A DNA stretch of 40,322 nt, taken from assembly GCA_004356335.1 (NCBI GenBank), contig SMXP01000021.1, positions 1 to 40,322 of the forward strand, written 5' to 3'. The stretch is from Alphaproteobacteria bacterium (GTDB lineage: Bacteria > Pseudomonadota > Alphaproteobacteria > SMXP01). The notes under the pieces were generated by a model. That model had not been told where the DNA came from. It saw nothing but the letters and a program-made list of their open reading frames with translations, and ran no database searches. A program made the position numbers and the translations under genes. Positions 1 through 7,983 of the stretch are shown in pieces (positions within the stretch are counted from its first letter, which is position 1; each line of letters starts with the position of its first letter).

Positions 1-266
1 CCCACTTCCGGGGTCCACGGATCAATGCCGGGATTCACCGCCATCACTTCAAGCACGCCCAAATCGGCATCGCGGGCGAGCCGGATAAGCGTCTCCCCGT
101 CTTTGATCACATGCAGCCAAGTTTGACCGATAATGTCGTTTTGCTCTTGGGCAGCAGCCGGGGCGCCCAGCGCCAAAAACCCGGCAAACAGGAGACAGCT
201 TAAAGCGCCGACGCCACTCCGGAAGGGCTTCACGATGACCGGCATTCTGTTGTTCAGTAGATCCAT
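1..266 (-). CDS. L,D-transpeptidase-family protein, N-terminal part only (gene runs off the left edge)
   Basis: Absent from the ORF track because it is open at the window edge. My minus-strand translation from ATG 266 (second in-frame ATG at 245) reads MDLLNNRMPVIVKPFRSGVGALSCLLFAGFLALGAPAAAQEQNDIIGQTWLHVIKDGETLIRLARDADLGVLEVMAVNPGIDPWTPEV. This is a signal peptide followed by the LysM-like lead-in common in YkuD/ErfK-type L,D-transpeptidases. An in-frame TAG lies just upstream of 266. Confidence 0.55.
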   Translation of the reverse strand, partial: MDLLNNRMPVIVKPFRSGVGALSCLLFAGFLALGAPAAAQEQNDIIGQTWLHVIKDGETLIRLARDADLGVLEVMAVNPGIDPWTPEV

Positions 267-454
267 GGCAATCTCGATGGGGTCCGGGTGCTAATCTTTT
301 TGAACTCAAAACAACGACAAGGCTACATTAAAGCGAAAAAGTTGCTAACTGGCAAATATCATTGATGCTCAACAGACCCTCGAAAAGCACGAAAAGCGGG
401 TCTGTTGCCGAGAGGCAACAGTTCACCACAAAAATGACATCTTAACGGTCTCAG

Positions 455-504
455 AGGGCCAAAAGCCACAAACCGGCGCGGTTCTATCAACCGGCCGGTT
501 TGTG
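455..504 (-). terminator. Rho-independent terminator downstream of the Lpp/OprI-like gene
   Basis: Inverted repeat cacaaaccgg (467-476) / ccggtttgtg (495-504). On the minus strand the stem is followed by GCTTTTGG, about 40 nt after the stop at 544. Confidence 0.6.
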
Positions 505-543
505 TCCCAAGATGGATATCAAAGTATGTCTTGGAGCCTTAGG

Positions 544-738
544 TTATTTCCTGAGGCCTTCCTGGAACATACGATCACATTTCTGATTACACTCTTGCGC
601 TAGGGCCAACGCTTCGTCAGCCGTCGCCTGTGCCCGGGCAATCTGCGCACGCAGATCGTCTTTGGTCGCGCACCCACCGAGTGCCATCATCGGGGCGATC
701 GCAATGACCGCCACTAAAACCTTAAGTCTTGGCTTCAT
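544..738 (-). CDS. Lpp/OprI-family alanine-zipper lipoprotein (64 aa) ending in C-terminal Lys
   Basis: Signal peptide with lipobox MALGG|C. The mature part, CATKDDLRAQIARAQATADEALALAQECNQKCDRMFQEGLRK, resembles the P. aeruginosa OprI / E. coli Lpp helical region (ADEAL..AQ..) and ends in ..RK like Lpp (YRK) and OprI (SRK). Confidence 0.7.
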   Translation of the reverse strand: MKPRLKVLVAVIAIAPMMALGGCATKDDLRAQIARAQATADEALALAQECNQKCDRMFQEGLRK

Positions 739-932
739 TATTTTCCTCCATATAGCACTATACCCCCCGTCCTCGCTAAAGGAGGGCCGAGGTTATTTTC
801 ACAGAAATCGGAGATTTTCACAAGGGTTGAGACGACTTAATTCAGCTGAGCTAATAAAGCCTAATTCAACCTATAGGAGAGGGTTGGTCCATCCAATTTT
901 AATTGGATAGTGCGGTAATACAAAGCGCTTGG

Positions 933-1039
933 TTTAGAGCATTTCCGAGATTAATTGACTCATGAAAATGCTCTAGATTCCCAGTTTGGTCGCGTTTCCG
1001 GACGGAAAACCGGGTCCACTTTTCCTGGAAACGCTCTAG
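933..1039. repeat. Mosaic hairpin repeat locus R1 (module E-like + linker + half of module B, inverted)
   Basis: tagagcatttccgagattaattgactcatgaaaatgctctag (stem tagagcatttc/gaaaatgctcta), then linker attcccagtttggtc, then gcgtttccggacggaaaaccgggtccacttttcctggaaacgctctag. Related copies occur at the other R loci. Confidence 0.85.
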
Positions 1040-1147
1040 TATCCGGGAAAACGCCCCATAACGCCTAATTCCTACGGAAATCAGGCGACTGAGTAGGTAT
1101 GCGGTACAGCCGGCCCCTTGGGGCATCCAGGGCGAGAGACGGGATTC

Positions 1148-2020
1148 ATGACCAGCTCGAACGGTTTCGATGAACGATTTTTCCGCTCTTCGGATGGGTT
1201 GACTTTGTATTACCGGGATTACGCGGCACACAATAGGGCAGCCCCCATTCTGTGCCTTGCGGGTCTAACCCGTAATTCCCGTGACTTTGAAGCGCTGGCC
1301 CCGCATTTGGTCAAAACGGGCCGACGGGTCATCACACTCGATCTGCGGGGTCGAGGTAAATCACAATACGATTCGAATCCCGGTAATTATGTTCTGCCGG
1401 TTTATGCCCAAGATGTCTTGGATTTTCTTGACCATCTCGGCTTGGAAAAGGTCATCCTCATCGGAACCTCTTTGGGCGGATTGGTTGCCCTGAAAGTGGC
1501 CGCCATTAACCTGTCACTGCTTGACGCGATCATCCTCAACGATATCGGACCGGTGGTAAGCCCTGAAGGTCTTGAAAGGATTGGAAGCTATGTAGGCAAC
1601 AGGGGCACTTTCCGGAGTTGGCATGAAACCGCCACCGCCTTGCGCCGTGTCAATGAATGGATCTATCCGGATTTTGACATGGCGGATTGGCTAACGCTGG
1701 CACGGCGTACGTTCCGAGAAACGCCTTCAGGCGAGATCAGCGCAGACTATGACCCCGCCATCGCCATACCTTTCGACAAAGGCCGGGATGTCGATCCGAG
1801 CATCGACCCCTGGACCTTGTTCGAAAAATTAAAGGCCGTGCCCATATTGGTCATTCGCGGTGCCGCGTCGGATATTCTTTCTGCTGAAACCCTAAATAAA
1901 ATGAAACAAATAAAGCCCGACCTGAAAAGCCTGATCGTAGAAAACCGCGGCCACGTTCCTTTGCTGACCGAAGCCCAATGTTTGCAGGCCATAAACAGCT
2001 TTTTGGCGGAGATCCCCTAG
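1148..2020 (+). CDS. alpha/beta-fold hydrolase
   Basis: ORF 1118..2020; the likely start is ATG 1148 (MTSSNGFDERFF..). It has the HG-like oxyanion region PILCLAGLTRNSRDF, the nucleophile elbow GTSLGG and a C-terminal ..NRGHVPLL His motif, which is the typical alpha/beta hydrolase layout. Confidence 0.85.
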   Translation: MTSSNGFDERFFRSSDGLTLYYRDYAAHNRAAPILCLAGLTRNSRDFEALAPHLVKTGRRVITLDLRGRGKSQYDSNPGNYVLPVYAQDVLDFLDHLGLEKVILIGTSLGGLVALKVAAINLSLLDAIILNDIGPVVSPEGLERIGSYVGNRGTFRSWHETATALRRVNEWIYPDFDMADWLTLARRTFRETPSGEISADYDPAIAIPFDKGRDVDPSIDPWTLFEKLKAVPILVIRGAASDILSAETLNKMKQIKPDLKSLIVENRGHVPLLTEAQCLQAINSFLAEIP

Positions 2021-2070
2021 AGCGCATTCGAACCCAAAAACCGCGTACACTTTTTGTGAATGCGCTCCAG
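2017..2070. repeat. Mosaic hairpin repeat locus R2 (module A)
   Basis: ctagagcgcattcgaacccaaaaaccgcgtacactttttgtgaatgcgctccag, with stem gagcgcattc/gaatgcgctc. Near-identical copies at 20860-20908, 34340-34388 and 40041-40089, and an inverted copy at 40220-40268. Confidence 0.9.
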
Positions 2071-2170
2071 GGCTCGGGGGCCGTCTGACGTCTTTGAGAT
2101 AGATCAAGGAGCGCTGGCACCGTTTCCCCTATGAAACCGAGAGGATGTCGAATATCTGTTAGGACTTACC

Positions 2171-2557
2171 ATGAGCGATAAAGTGCCTTATGAGCTTTTA
2201 GGTGGCGAAAAGGGTGTCCGCCGACTATGCGACGCGTTTTACGACGTAGTGGATACATTGCCCGAGGCCAAAACAATCCGGCGGATGCACAAAGAAAATC
2301 TGGACGAAATCCGGCAAAAATTCTTCGAATATATGTCGGCCTGGCTGGGTGGCCCGCCGCTTTATCGCGATAAATATGGCGGCATGTGTATTACCGATCC
2401 TCATCGACCGTTTGCCATTGGGCCACAAGAGAGAGATATGTGGCTTTACTGTATGACTAAAGCGCTCGAACACATCGGCGCATCGGAAGAAGCAAAGAAA
2501 ATGATCGACCGGCCATTGTTCAACGTCGCCGATATGCTTCGCAACCGAGATAACTGA
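2171..2557 (+). CDS. truncated haemoglobin (group II / YjbI-like globin)
   Basis: 128 aa. The pattern Y..LGG...V..L...FY, WLGGPPLY and HRPFAIGPQERDMWLYCM matches the trHbO layout (compare M. tuberculosis GlbO: WGGPRTY, HAPFRI..ERDAWLRCM). Confidence 0.7.
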   Translation: MSDKVPYELLGGEKGVRRLCDAFYDVVDTLPEAKTIRRMHKENLDEIRQKFFEYMSAWLGGPPLYRDKYGGMCITDPHRPFAIGPQERDMWLYCMTKALEHIGASEEAKKMIDRPLFNVADMLRNRDN

Positions 2558-2640
2558 ACAACCATCCCCTCTATTTTCCGTTGCCGGTTAAGCGAACCCG
2601 GCTGCCTTGCGGCAAGCTGATATTGCTGAAACCCATAACA

Positions 2641-2680
2641 AAGCCGCGCCGACCAAATCAGAGGGGGCGCGGCTTTTACA
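2641..2680. terminator. GC-rich hairpin terminator between convergent genes
   Basis: aagccgcgcc (2641-2650) / ggcgcggctt (2666-2675), followed by TTTTAC on the plus strand and TTTGTTA on the minus strand. It lies between the globin (+) and the LLM oxidoreductase (-). Confidence 0.6.
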
Positions 2681-2710
2681 GTGCAATCAGCCATTGGATT
2701 GGTTTGGTTA

Positions 2711-2814
2711 TTAGTGTTTCCAGGAAAAGTGGACACCGGTTTTCCGTCCGGAAACACGACAAATAAATAACTTAGGGTCGGGTTTTGATTCTATCAAAAC
2801 CGGAAAGACCCTAA
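2711..2814. repeat. Mosaic hairpin repeat locus R3 (module B, two hairpins)
   Basis: ttagtgtttccaggaaaagtggacaccggttttccgtccggaaacacgacaaa..ttagggtcgggttttgattctatcaaaaccggaaagaccctaa. Copies at 25152-25257 (inverted), 34595-34699 and 40086-40192. Confidence 0.9.
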
Positions 2815-3821
2815 CTCAAGGCCGGAATAATCTTCTCTCCAATCAGCTTGATGCATTCGGCCGGATCTTCATAGATGCGTAAGGCGATTTCATTGAGCCC
2901 TGCGCTTTGAAAATCTTTTAGTTCCTCAATAATGCGGTCAATGTCTTCCAGACCGCCCCATAAGGTCAGCCCATCAACCAGTTTGTTCACCACCTCGTCC
3001 GGCACCCCTTCGATCACATGGGTGTTAGCGGCATAGGCCCTGAAGAATGCTGCCATATTGTCGCGGACCAATTGGACATCGTCTTCATCAAGGAACGGAC
3101 GGAGATACATGGGAAACAACATGCCCCGCAACACCAACCATCTTCGGGCCTCGCGCCGTGCCGCTTCTTTATCCTTTTTCACATGCCAGGCAAAAAAGTT
3201 ATTGATAGGGAAATCGGCCACCGATTTGCCTTGTTCCTTCAACTTGTCATGAGCCATTTTAATATAATCGCCCACGATAGGCCGCGGGATATCGCTCATC
3301 ATGATCCCATCAGCCACTTCGGCAGAGAATTCCATCACCTTACGTTTGTTGGCGCCCACATATATGGTCGGCGGCGGCTGCGTAACCCAAGTGGGCTCAT
3401 ATTTGCGGACTTCATAAAGGTCGCCTTTGTAACTGAATATATCGCCCTTGGCCGCCATTCTGATAATATCGATACATTCGCGGATCGCCGGCATTCGCTT
3501 TTGCGGTTTGATGCCCATGGCCTCGATGGTACCGCCGCCGCCGCCCACGACGATAATCGCGCGCCCTTTCGATATTTCGTTGAGCGTCAACAACGACGTC
3601 GCCATTTTGATGGGGTGTAATTCAAAGGGACTGATCGCAATGGGGCCCATCTTTATTTTAGATGTTGCCTGGGCGAGGATAGCAAAACTGGCGAATATAT
3701 CCTTTCCGTCGAGCTTGTTGGGCATCCAAACGGCGCCAAACCCAAGGCTTTCCGCCAATTGCCCTAATTCTACGACCTCTTCAGCCGATTTGTCGGGCTC
3801 TAGAATGACATCAATTCTCAT
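2811..3821 (-). CDS. LLM-class (luciferase-like) flavin/F420-dependent oxidoreductase
   Basis: 336 aa. The N-terminus MRIDVIL.., AESLGFGAVWMPNKL and IIVVGGGGG are typical of luciferase-like monooxygenase / methylene-H4MPT-reductase-like proteins. Confidence 0.75.
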   Translation of the reverse strand: MRIDVILEPDKSAEEVVELGQLAESLGFGAVWMPNKLDGKDIFASFAILAQATSKIKMGPIAISPFELHPIKMATSLLTLNEISKGRAIIVVGGGGGTIEAMGIKPQKRMPAIRECIDIIRMAAKGDIFSYKGDLYEVRKYEPTWVTQPPPTIYVGANKRKVMEFSAEVADGIMMSDIPRPIVGDYIKMAHDKLKEQGKSVADFPINNFFAWHVKKDKEAARREARRWLVLRGMLFPMYLRPFLDEDDVQLVRDNMAAFFRAYAANTHVIEGVPDEVVNKLVDGLTLWGGLEDIDRIIEELKDFQSAGLNEIALRIYEDPAECIKLIGEKIIPALS

Positions 3822-4144
3822 CCGCTTATCTCCTTACCGTTAGGTGCGGGTCATAGAATGCCGCAAGGGAGCCACTGGATGCCATGGCCCCCTTGTTCAC
3901 AGACCAAGCCGCGGCGGCGGGGACGGGGACAAGGACGGGATTGGTATAACCCCCTCAAGGAAAATCGGATCAGCACTATTCGTGGAATGGCGCCGCAGCA
4001 AGGCAGCGGATGCATCCTGGCAAAAGTAATCGTATCCTTAAACAGGTTAAGTGAGCACTAAATTCCAATGATCATCCCCCTGTGTGGCTATGCCATCATC
4101 AGGGGGCCATCGGTCGGAATATGTCACCATAAAGGGAGGCGACT

Positions 4145-5113
4145 TTGTCCCAAAAAAAGGATCTTAAATTTGGCGTAGCCATTCCTCAGGTCTTCCTCAA
4201 CGGCAAGGCCGATATGGATTTGGTAAAAAACAGCATACGCACGGCGGAGGATCTCGGCTATCACAGTATGTGGGTCCAAGATCAAGTGCATGGCTACGTG
4301 CCCCTGCAAGAATCCGTCAGCCTGCTGTGTTATGCGGCGGCGGTGAGCTCTAAGGTCAAGCTCGGCGTGTCCGTTATCGTTTTTCCCGTGCGCAATCCGG
4401 TGCACCTTGCGAAAAGCCTCAGCACCCTTGATCAAATGAGCAATGGACGATTGATTTTAGGCATTGGACTTGGACCGCCATCGGGAAGTGAGGATTTTTA
4501 TCTTGCCTTTGGCACCAGTTACAAAGGGCGGGTACGTCGATTCAACGAGAATCTTAAAATCTTGAAATCGCTTTGGACCGAGGACAAAACGAATATAGAG
4601 GGTGAGTGGGCAACCCTTCACAACATTTCAATGGAACCAAAGCCCATCCAAAAACCCCATCCGCCTATTTGGATTGGCGGTCAGCACCCTAATGCGCTAC
4701 GCCGCGCCGTAAAATATGGCGACGGTTTTGCCTCGGCAGGACCCACTTCGACCGAAAACTATAAAAAACACGTGACTCTGGTTCGCCAGTATATGGAAGA
4801 AGAGGGACGCGATCCAGCCACCTTCACCATTTCCAAACGCGTCTATTTGGCTGTGGATGACAACGAAGACCGCGCCAAAAGCCGGCTCGATGATTGGTTC
4901 AACAAACGCTACAGCTGGATGGTGAAACACCGTCCGAAAATGGTCGAGCAAAGCTGTGTTTGGGGCAGCACCGCACGTGTCACCGAAGGTCTTGCCGACA
5001 TCCTGTCCGGCGGCGCCGAAATGCTGATCCTGAATCCCTTGTGGGACTATATGGAACAAATGGAGGCACTGGCATCGGAAGTGATCCCGCAGCTTAGGTC
5101 GAATGTCCCGTAA
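4145..5113 (+). CDS. LLM-class flavin-dependent oxidoreductase
   Basis: 322 aa. TTG start 6 nt after GGAGG (4134-4138). Motifs AEDLGYHSMWVQDQ, GRLILGIGLG and PHPPIWIGG are classic LLM-family features. Divergent from the other LLM gene. Confidence 0.8.
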   Translation: MSQKKDLKFGVAIPQVFLNGKADMDLVKNSIRTAEDLGYHSMWVQDQVHGYVPLQESVSLLCYAAAVSSKVKLGVSVIVFPVRNPVHLAKSLSTLDQMSNGRLILGIGLGPPSGSEDFYLAFGTSYKGRVRRFNENLKILKSLWTEDKTNIEGEWATLHNISMEPKPIQKPHPPIWIGGQHPNALRRAVKYGDGFASAGPTSTENYKKHVTLVRQYMEEEGRDPATFTISKRVYLAVDDNEDRAKSRLDDWFNKRYSWMVKHRPKMVEQSCVWGSTARVTEGLADILSGGAEMLILNPLWDYMEQMEALASEVIPQLRSNVP

Positions 5114-5183
5114 GGAAGGATGCCGGCGGGATCGATATTGCCGCGAGCGAGAATCCGCACGAAGTATCAAAGCTTTCGGTCGC

Positions 5184-5888
5184 TCAACCGCCGGCGCAGC
5201 ATTCAATGGCCTCTGAATAACTCAGCCGTCGACATTCCGGAGAATCAAGCCAGCAACCGGACGACCATAGATAAACCGGCAGGATCTCCGGCTCGGATCC
5301 GTTGTTATGCCAGAAAGAATCAACCGCATACTGATTGCTTGTACCGCGTTCGATAATCGTGGCGGAATTGCTCGGCCAATCGTTAATCAACATGTTTCCG
5401 TAAATGACCGCTTCACCGATATCATGATAGGTCATCAGTCCGTCGTTCCGGAGAAAAGTCAAATAACTCGTCGTATTGGCGGATTCGTCAATACAATCCA
5501 ATTGACCGGCCTTGCCAAGATAAACAGCGCCGCCAATATCGCCCTCAATACCCGCCTTGGGACCTACTATTCTTTCGAGAAGGGCGATCGCAAGGCTAAT
5601 GCGTTTTCGCTCCTCTTCAGCATTTTGCGGACGCTGCACAAAAAGAGTGCGAACCTGAACCCATTCATCGTCGCTGATACTGACATTCGTTATGGACGTG
5701 CAGCCATAGCCATGACAGACATTAAAACTATGCCGCGTGCTATTTGTACCGACACGGTCTCTAAGCACATGTCCTACGGGAGAGCTCGTGCATCCGGCCA
5801 ACAAAACCACAAAGATCAGCGCTAACCAGCACCCCATTGACGAAAATCGAAGGTCCGATGATCCAGGTGAAAATTTACGCAATAACAT
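5184..5888 (-). CDS. Cys-rich lipoprotein of unknown function
   Basis: ORF 5184..5903. I prefer ATG 5888, which has GGAG 9 nt upstream. Lipobox VLLAG|C. Nine further Cys residues include HGYGC and a C-terminal SSGCWLDSPEC..ECCAGG. No family recognised. Confidence 0.6.
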   Translation of the reverse strand: MLLRKFSPGSSDLRFSSMGCWLALIFVVLLAGCTSSPVGHVLRDRVGTNSTRHSFNVCHGYGCTSITNVSISDDEWVQVRTLFVQRPQNAEEERKRISLAIALLERIVGPKAGIEGDIGGAVYLGKAGQLDCIDESANTTSYLTFLRNDGLMTYHDIGEAVIYGNMLINDWPSNSATIIERGTSNQYAVDSFWHNNGSEPEILPVYLWSSGCWLDSPECRRLSYSEAIECCAGG

Positions 5889-6290
5889 TTGTCCGCTCTC
5901 CAAAAGATTTCGCTCGTTCCTTCGCGGCCTGTGTTCAGGTCAAGCTCCCTTGGGCTTTCTCGTTAAGCCAGAGATCAAACGGAAATCCGTGAATAGAACA
6001 GCATTCGCCCATAGGCAGAGCAAGATGTTTATTTGCCGAACGAAAGACCTACATATCCCCACCTGAAACTTAACATCGCTCGCTGGAAGCGTATATATAC
6101 TTTATGCCATATGTCAAAATTCACCAATTAACCAAGCGGCGGCGGCAGGCGTCTCGTCGGCCACCATCCGAGTCGGAGACATCATCCCATTCATAGGGAA
6201 AACTCCGGCAAAAAACGGACCCTGCCCGGGCAATCGGTCCAAAACTCGGCCGGATTTTCGCTCAATCGCCAGTCCGCAGGCGGATCGAAT

Positions 6291-6361
6291 TAGAATGTTT
6301 CCAGGAAAACCGGGTCCACCCCGGCCTTCGCCGGGGCATGCTTTTCCTGAATGCGCTCTAA
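6291..6361. repeat. Mosaic hairpin repeat locus R4 (B1-like variant with inserted GC hairpin)
   Basis: tagaatgtttccaggaaaaccgggtccaccccggccttcgccggggcatgcttttcctgaatgcgctctaa. The inner hairpin ccccggc/gccgggg recurs in R7 (23359-23376). Confidence 0.75.
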
Positions 6362-6447
6362 CGTGCTTAAGCCACCGGGAGACGTAAAACAAGCGGCCGC
6401 CCAATGAAGAGCGGCCGCTTAACAAACAAAACTAAAAGTCAGATCCG

Positions 6448-7218
6448 TTATTCAGCAGCGTAAGGCGGGCTGCTTGTCAAACTGGCTTGATCTCTTTCCG
6501 AAACAAAAAGGCGCTGCACATTGGCCAGGTCTTCCTGCGTGTCCACCTCACCCCAAGTCAGACCTTCAATTGACGCCGCCTGGACGAAACCATCTCTTGC
6601 CATTTTGTCCACAACCATCAGATACCAGGCGTGCACCGCTTCAGGATCTTGCATGGCCTCCGCAATGGCTTGCGCAAAAAGCTGCGGGCCTTCGCCGCGG
6701 AAATACAAAAGGCCAATCGATTCGCCGTCCGTCTCCTCGCGCGACAATTTTTTGCCGACCGCCAAAAGACGCGTCCCATTGAGTTGAACTTTCATATCGT
6801 CATCGTCGTAAGACGACTTGCGATCAATGGTGATCGTGATCGGCGCGAGGGTACTGGAAAGAACACGCCGCGGTATTCTCGGCTCGAATAATGTATCACC
6901 ATTTACCAGTAGAAAATCACTGTCCATTTCATCAATCGCCATCCAACAACTGGCAAGGTTGTCCGATACCTGAAAGAAAGGATTGAAAATTGTCCGGATG
7001 CTGAGATTGGGACTTTGCCAAGGCGCCAAGGTACGCTCAACCGCCTCAGCACCAAACCCCGTGACGACACAAACGTTATTGACGCCGCAGTCATGTAAAA
7101 CCTTTATCTGCCGTTCAAGCATGGTAAGATGGCCGATTGGCAAAAGACACTTTGGTCGGTGTTGAGTCAAAGGAAGAAGTCGTGAACCGCGTCCCGCACT
7201 TAGTATTATAGCTTTCAT
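6448..7218 (-). CDS. LicC/IPCT-like phospho-alcohol cytidylyltransferase (NTP-transferase fold)
   Basis: ORF 6448..7296. The likely start is ATG 7218 (MKAIILSAGRGSRLLPLT..PKCLL), which forms an ATGA overlap with the upstream stop. It has the G-loop LSAGRGSRL, NPFFQVSDNLASCW and WGEVDTQEDL, as in CTP:phosphocholine / inositol-phosphate cytidylyltransferases. Confidence 0.75.
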   Translation of the reverse strand: MKAIILSAGRGSRLLPLTQHRPKCLLPIGHLTMLERQIKVLHDCGVNNVCVVTGFGAEAVERTLAPWQSPNLSIRTIFNPFFQVSDNLASCWMAIDEMDSDFLLVNGDTLFEPRIPRRVLSSTLAPITITIDRKSSYDDDDMKVQLNGTRLLAVGKKLSREETDGESIGLLYFRGEGPQLFAQAIAEAMQDPEAVHAWYLMVVDKMARDGFVQAASIEGLTWGEVDTQEDLANVQRLFVSERDQASLTSSPPYAAE

Positions 7219-7964
7219 TGTACCAGCAACTTCTGAAATGTTTTGTGTTGAAATTCCGAATGAGTCAATTTTTCCGTCCCGGGTGGTATATCCCAATCGA
7301 CCACTTCATATCCGAGTTTCCCAGCCTGCTTTTTAAAGTTTCGGTTCGGGTTCACGGCTATTCCACGGTCTGCCCAAGATAAAAGTGGCACATCCGACTT
7401 ATGATCCGAGTAAGCGATGATCGTACAATCCTCTCGCGACGCCGGCAGCGCCGCCGCGACAGCGCTTAGTTTTTCTTGCCCAAAACAGTTCTCCCCCTCA
7501 ATTGTGCCACAATATCGGTCCGCTTCGTCCCAGCTGGATTTTGTGCAAACGGTCAATGCAAAGCCCAGCCTGGTCGCCAGCGGACATGCCCAAAGGTCCA
7601 TACTGGCTGTCGCCAAAACCAATAGGTGTTTCTGGGATCTATGTTTCTCAATGGCAGGTCTAGTACCCCGGCGCAGGCCTCGTAAAAGCACCCTTTCCAC
7701 AAAAGCGTCAACATAATGGTTAATTTCCTGCCGCGAACGGCCGGCCAAAAACAGGCCGAGCATTCGCTCCTTGAAAGCCTGACGGGCGATCCCCCCCGTC
7801 AAATAGCGTAGTGCCGCTACAATCGCCGGTACCAAGGCCCAGGCTCGAGTAGGATTCTGGCGCAAGACCGAGAGAAGGAATGGCGTAAAGGTGCCGTACT
7901 TCGTCAGCGTTCGATCCAAATCAAACACAGCAACCGTCACCTTGTTATCTATCGTGTTTGCCAT
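7215..7964 (-). CDS. HAD-IB family phosphatase
   Basis: 249 aa. Motif I is VAVFDLDRTLT, followed by a cap region and motif IV-like AYSDHKSDVPLL. This is the HAD subfamily IB (SerB-like) pattern. Confidence 0.8.
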   Translation of the reverse strand: MANTIDNKVTVAVFDLDRTLTKYGTFTPFLLSVLRQNPTRAWALVPAIVAALRYLTGGIARQAFKERMLGLFLAGRSRQEINHYVDAFVERVLLRGLRRGTRPAIEKHRSQKHLLVLATASMDLWACPLATRLGFALTVCTKSSWDEADRYCGTIEGENCFGQEKLSAVAAALPASREDCTIIAYSDHKSDVPLLSWADRGIAVNPNRNFKKQAGKLGYEVVDWDIPPGTEKLTHSEFQHKTFQKLLVQ

Positions 7965-7983
7965 CAGCCTGAAATTATCTCGT

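Noticed and set aside
49-309. Track ORF of 86 aa on the minus strand at the left edge
   Set aside because: It is in a different frame from the edge-open ORF (1-266), whose translation shows a clean signal peptide and an L,D-transpeptidase-like lead-in. The 86-aa product is Arg/Pro/Cys-rich with no recognisable features.
899-1231. ORFs lying on repeat elements: 899..1231, 2446..2757, 2581..2766, 6114..6425, 14113..14363, 34115..34466, 35972..36185, 39862..40276, and the first 41 codons of 20498..20875
   Set aside because: These reading frames are created by the CTAG-bounded hairpin repeats. The same peptide fragments recur wherever a module recurs, for example FSVRKHDK and GSNARQNKDLEHVSDSIFCERALV. 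They have no start context and overlap palindromic DNA.
3018-3620. Long antisense or shadow ORFs inside well-supported genes: 3018..3620, 3448..3843, 4697..5206, 5307..5825, 8215..8772, 10506..10958, 13295..14065, 22354..22806, 24473..24994, 36680..37330 and others
   Set aside because: Each lies opposite to, or out of frame with, a gene that has clear family motifs. Their products are Arg/His/Pro-rich with no motifs, which is typical of antisense shadows.
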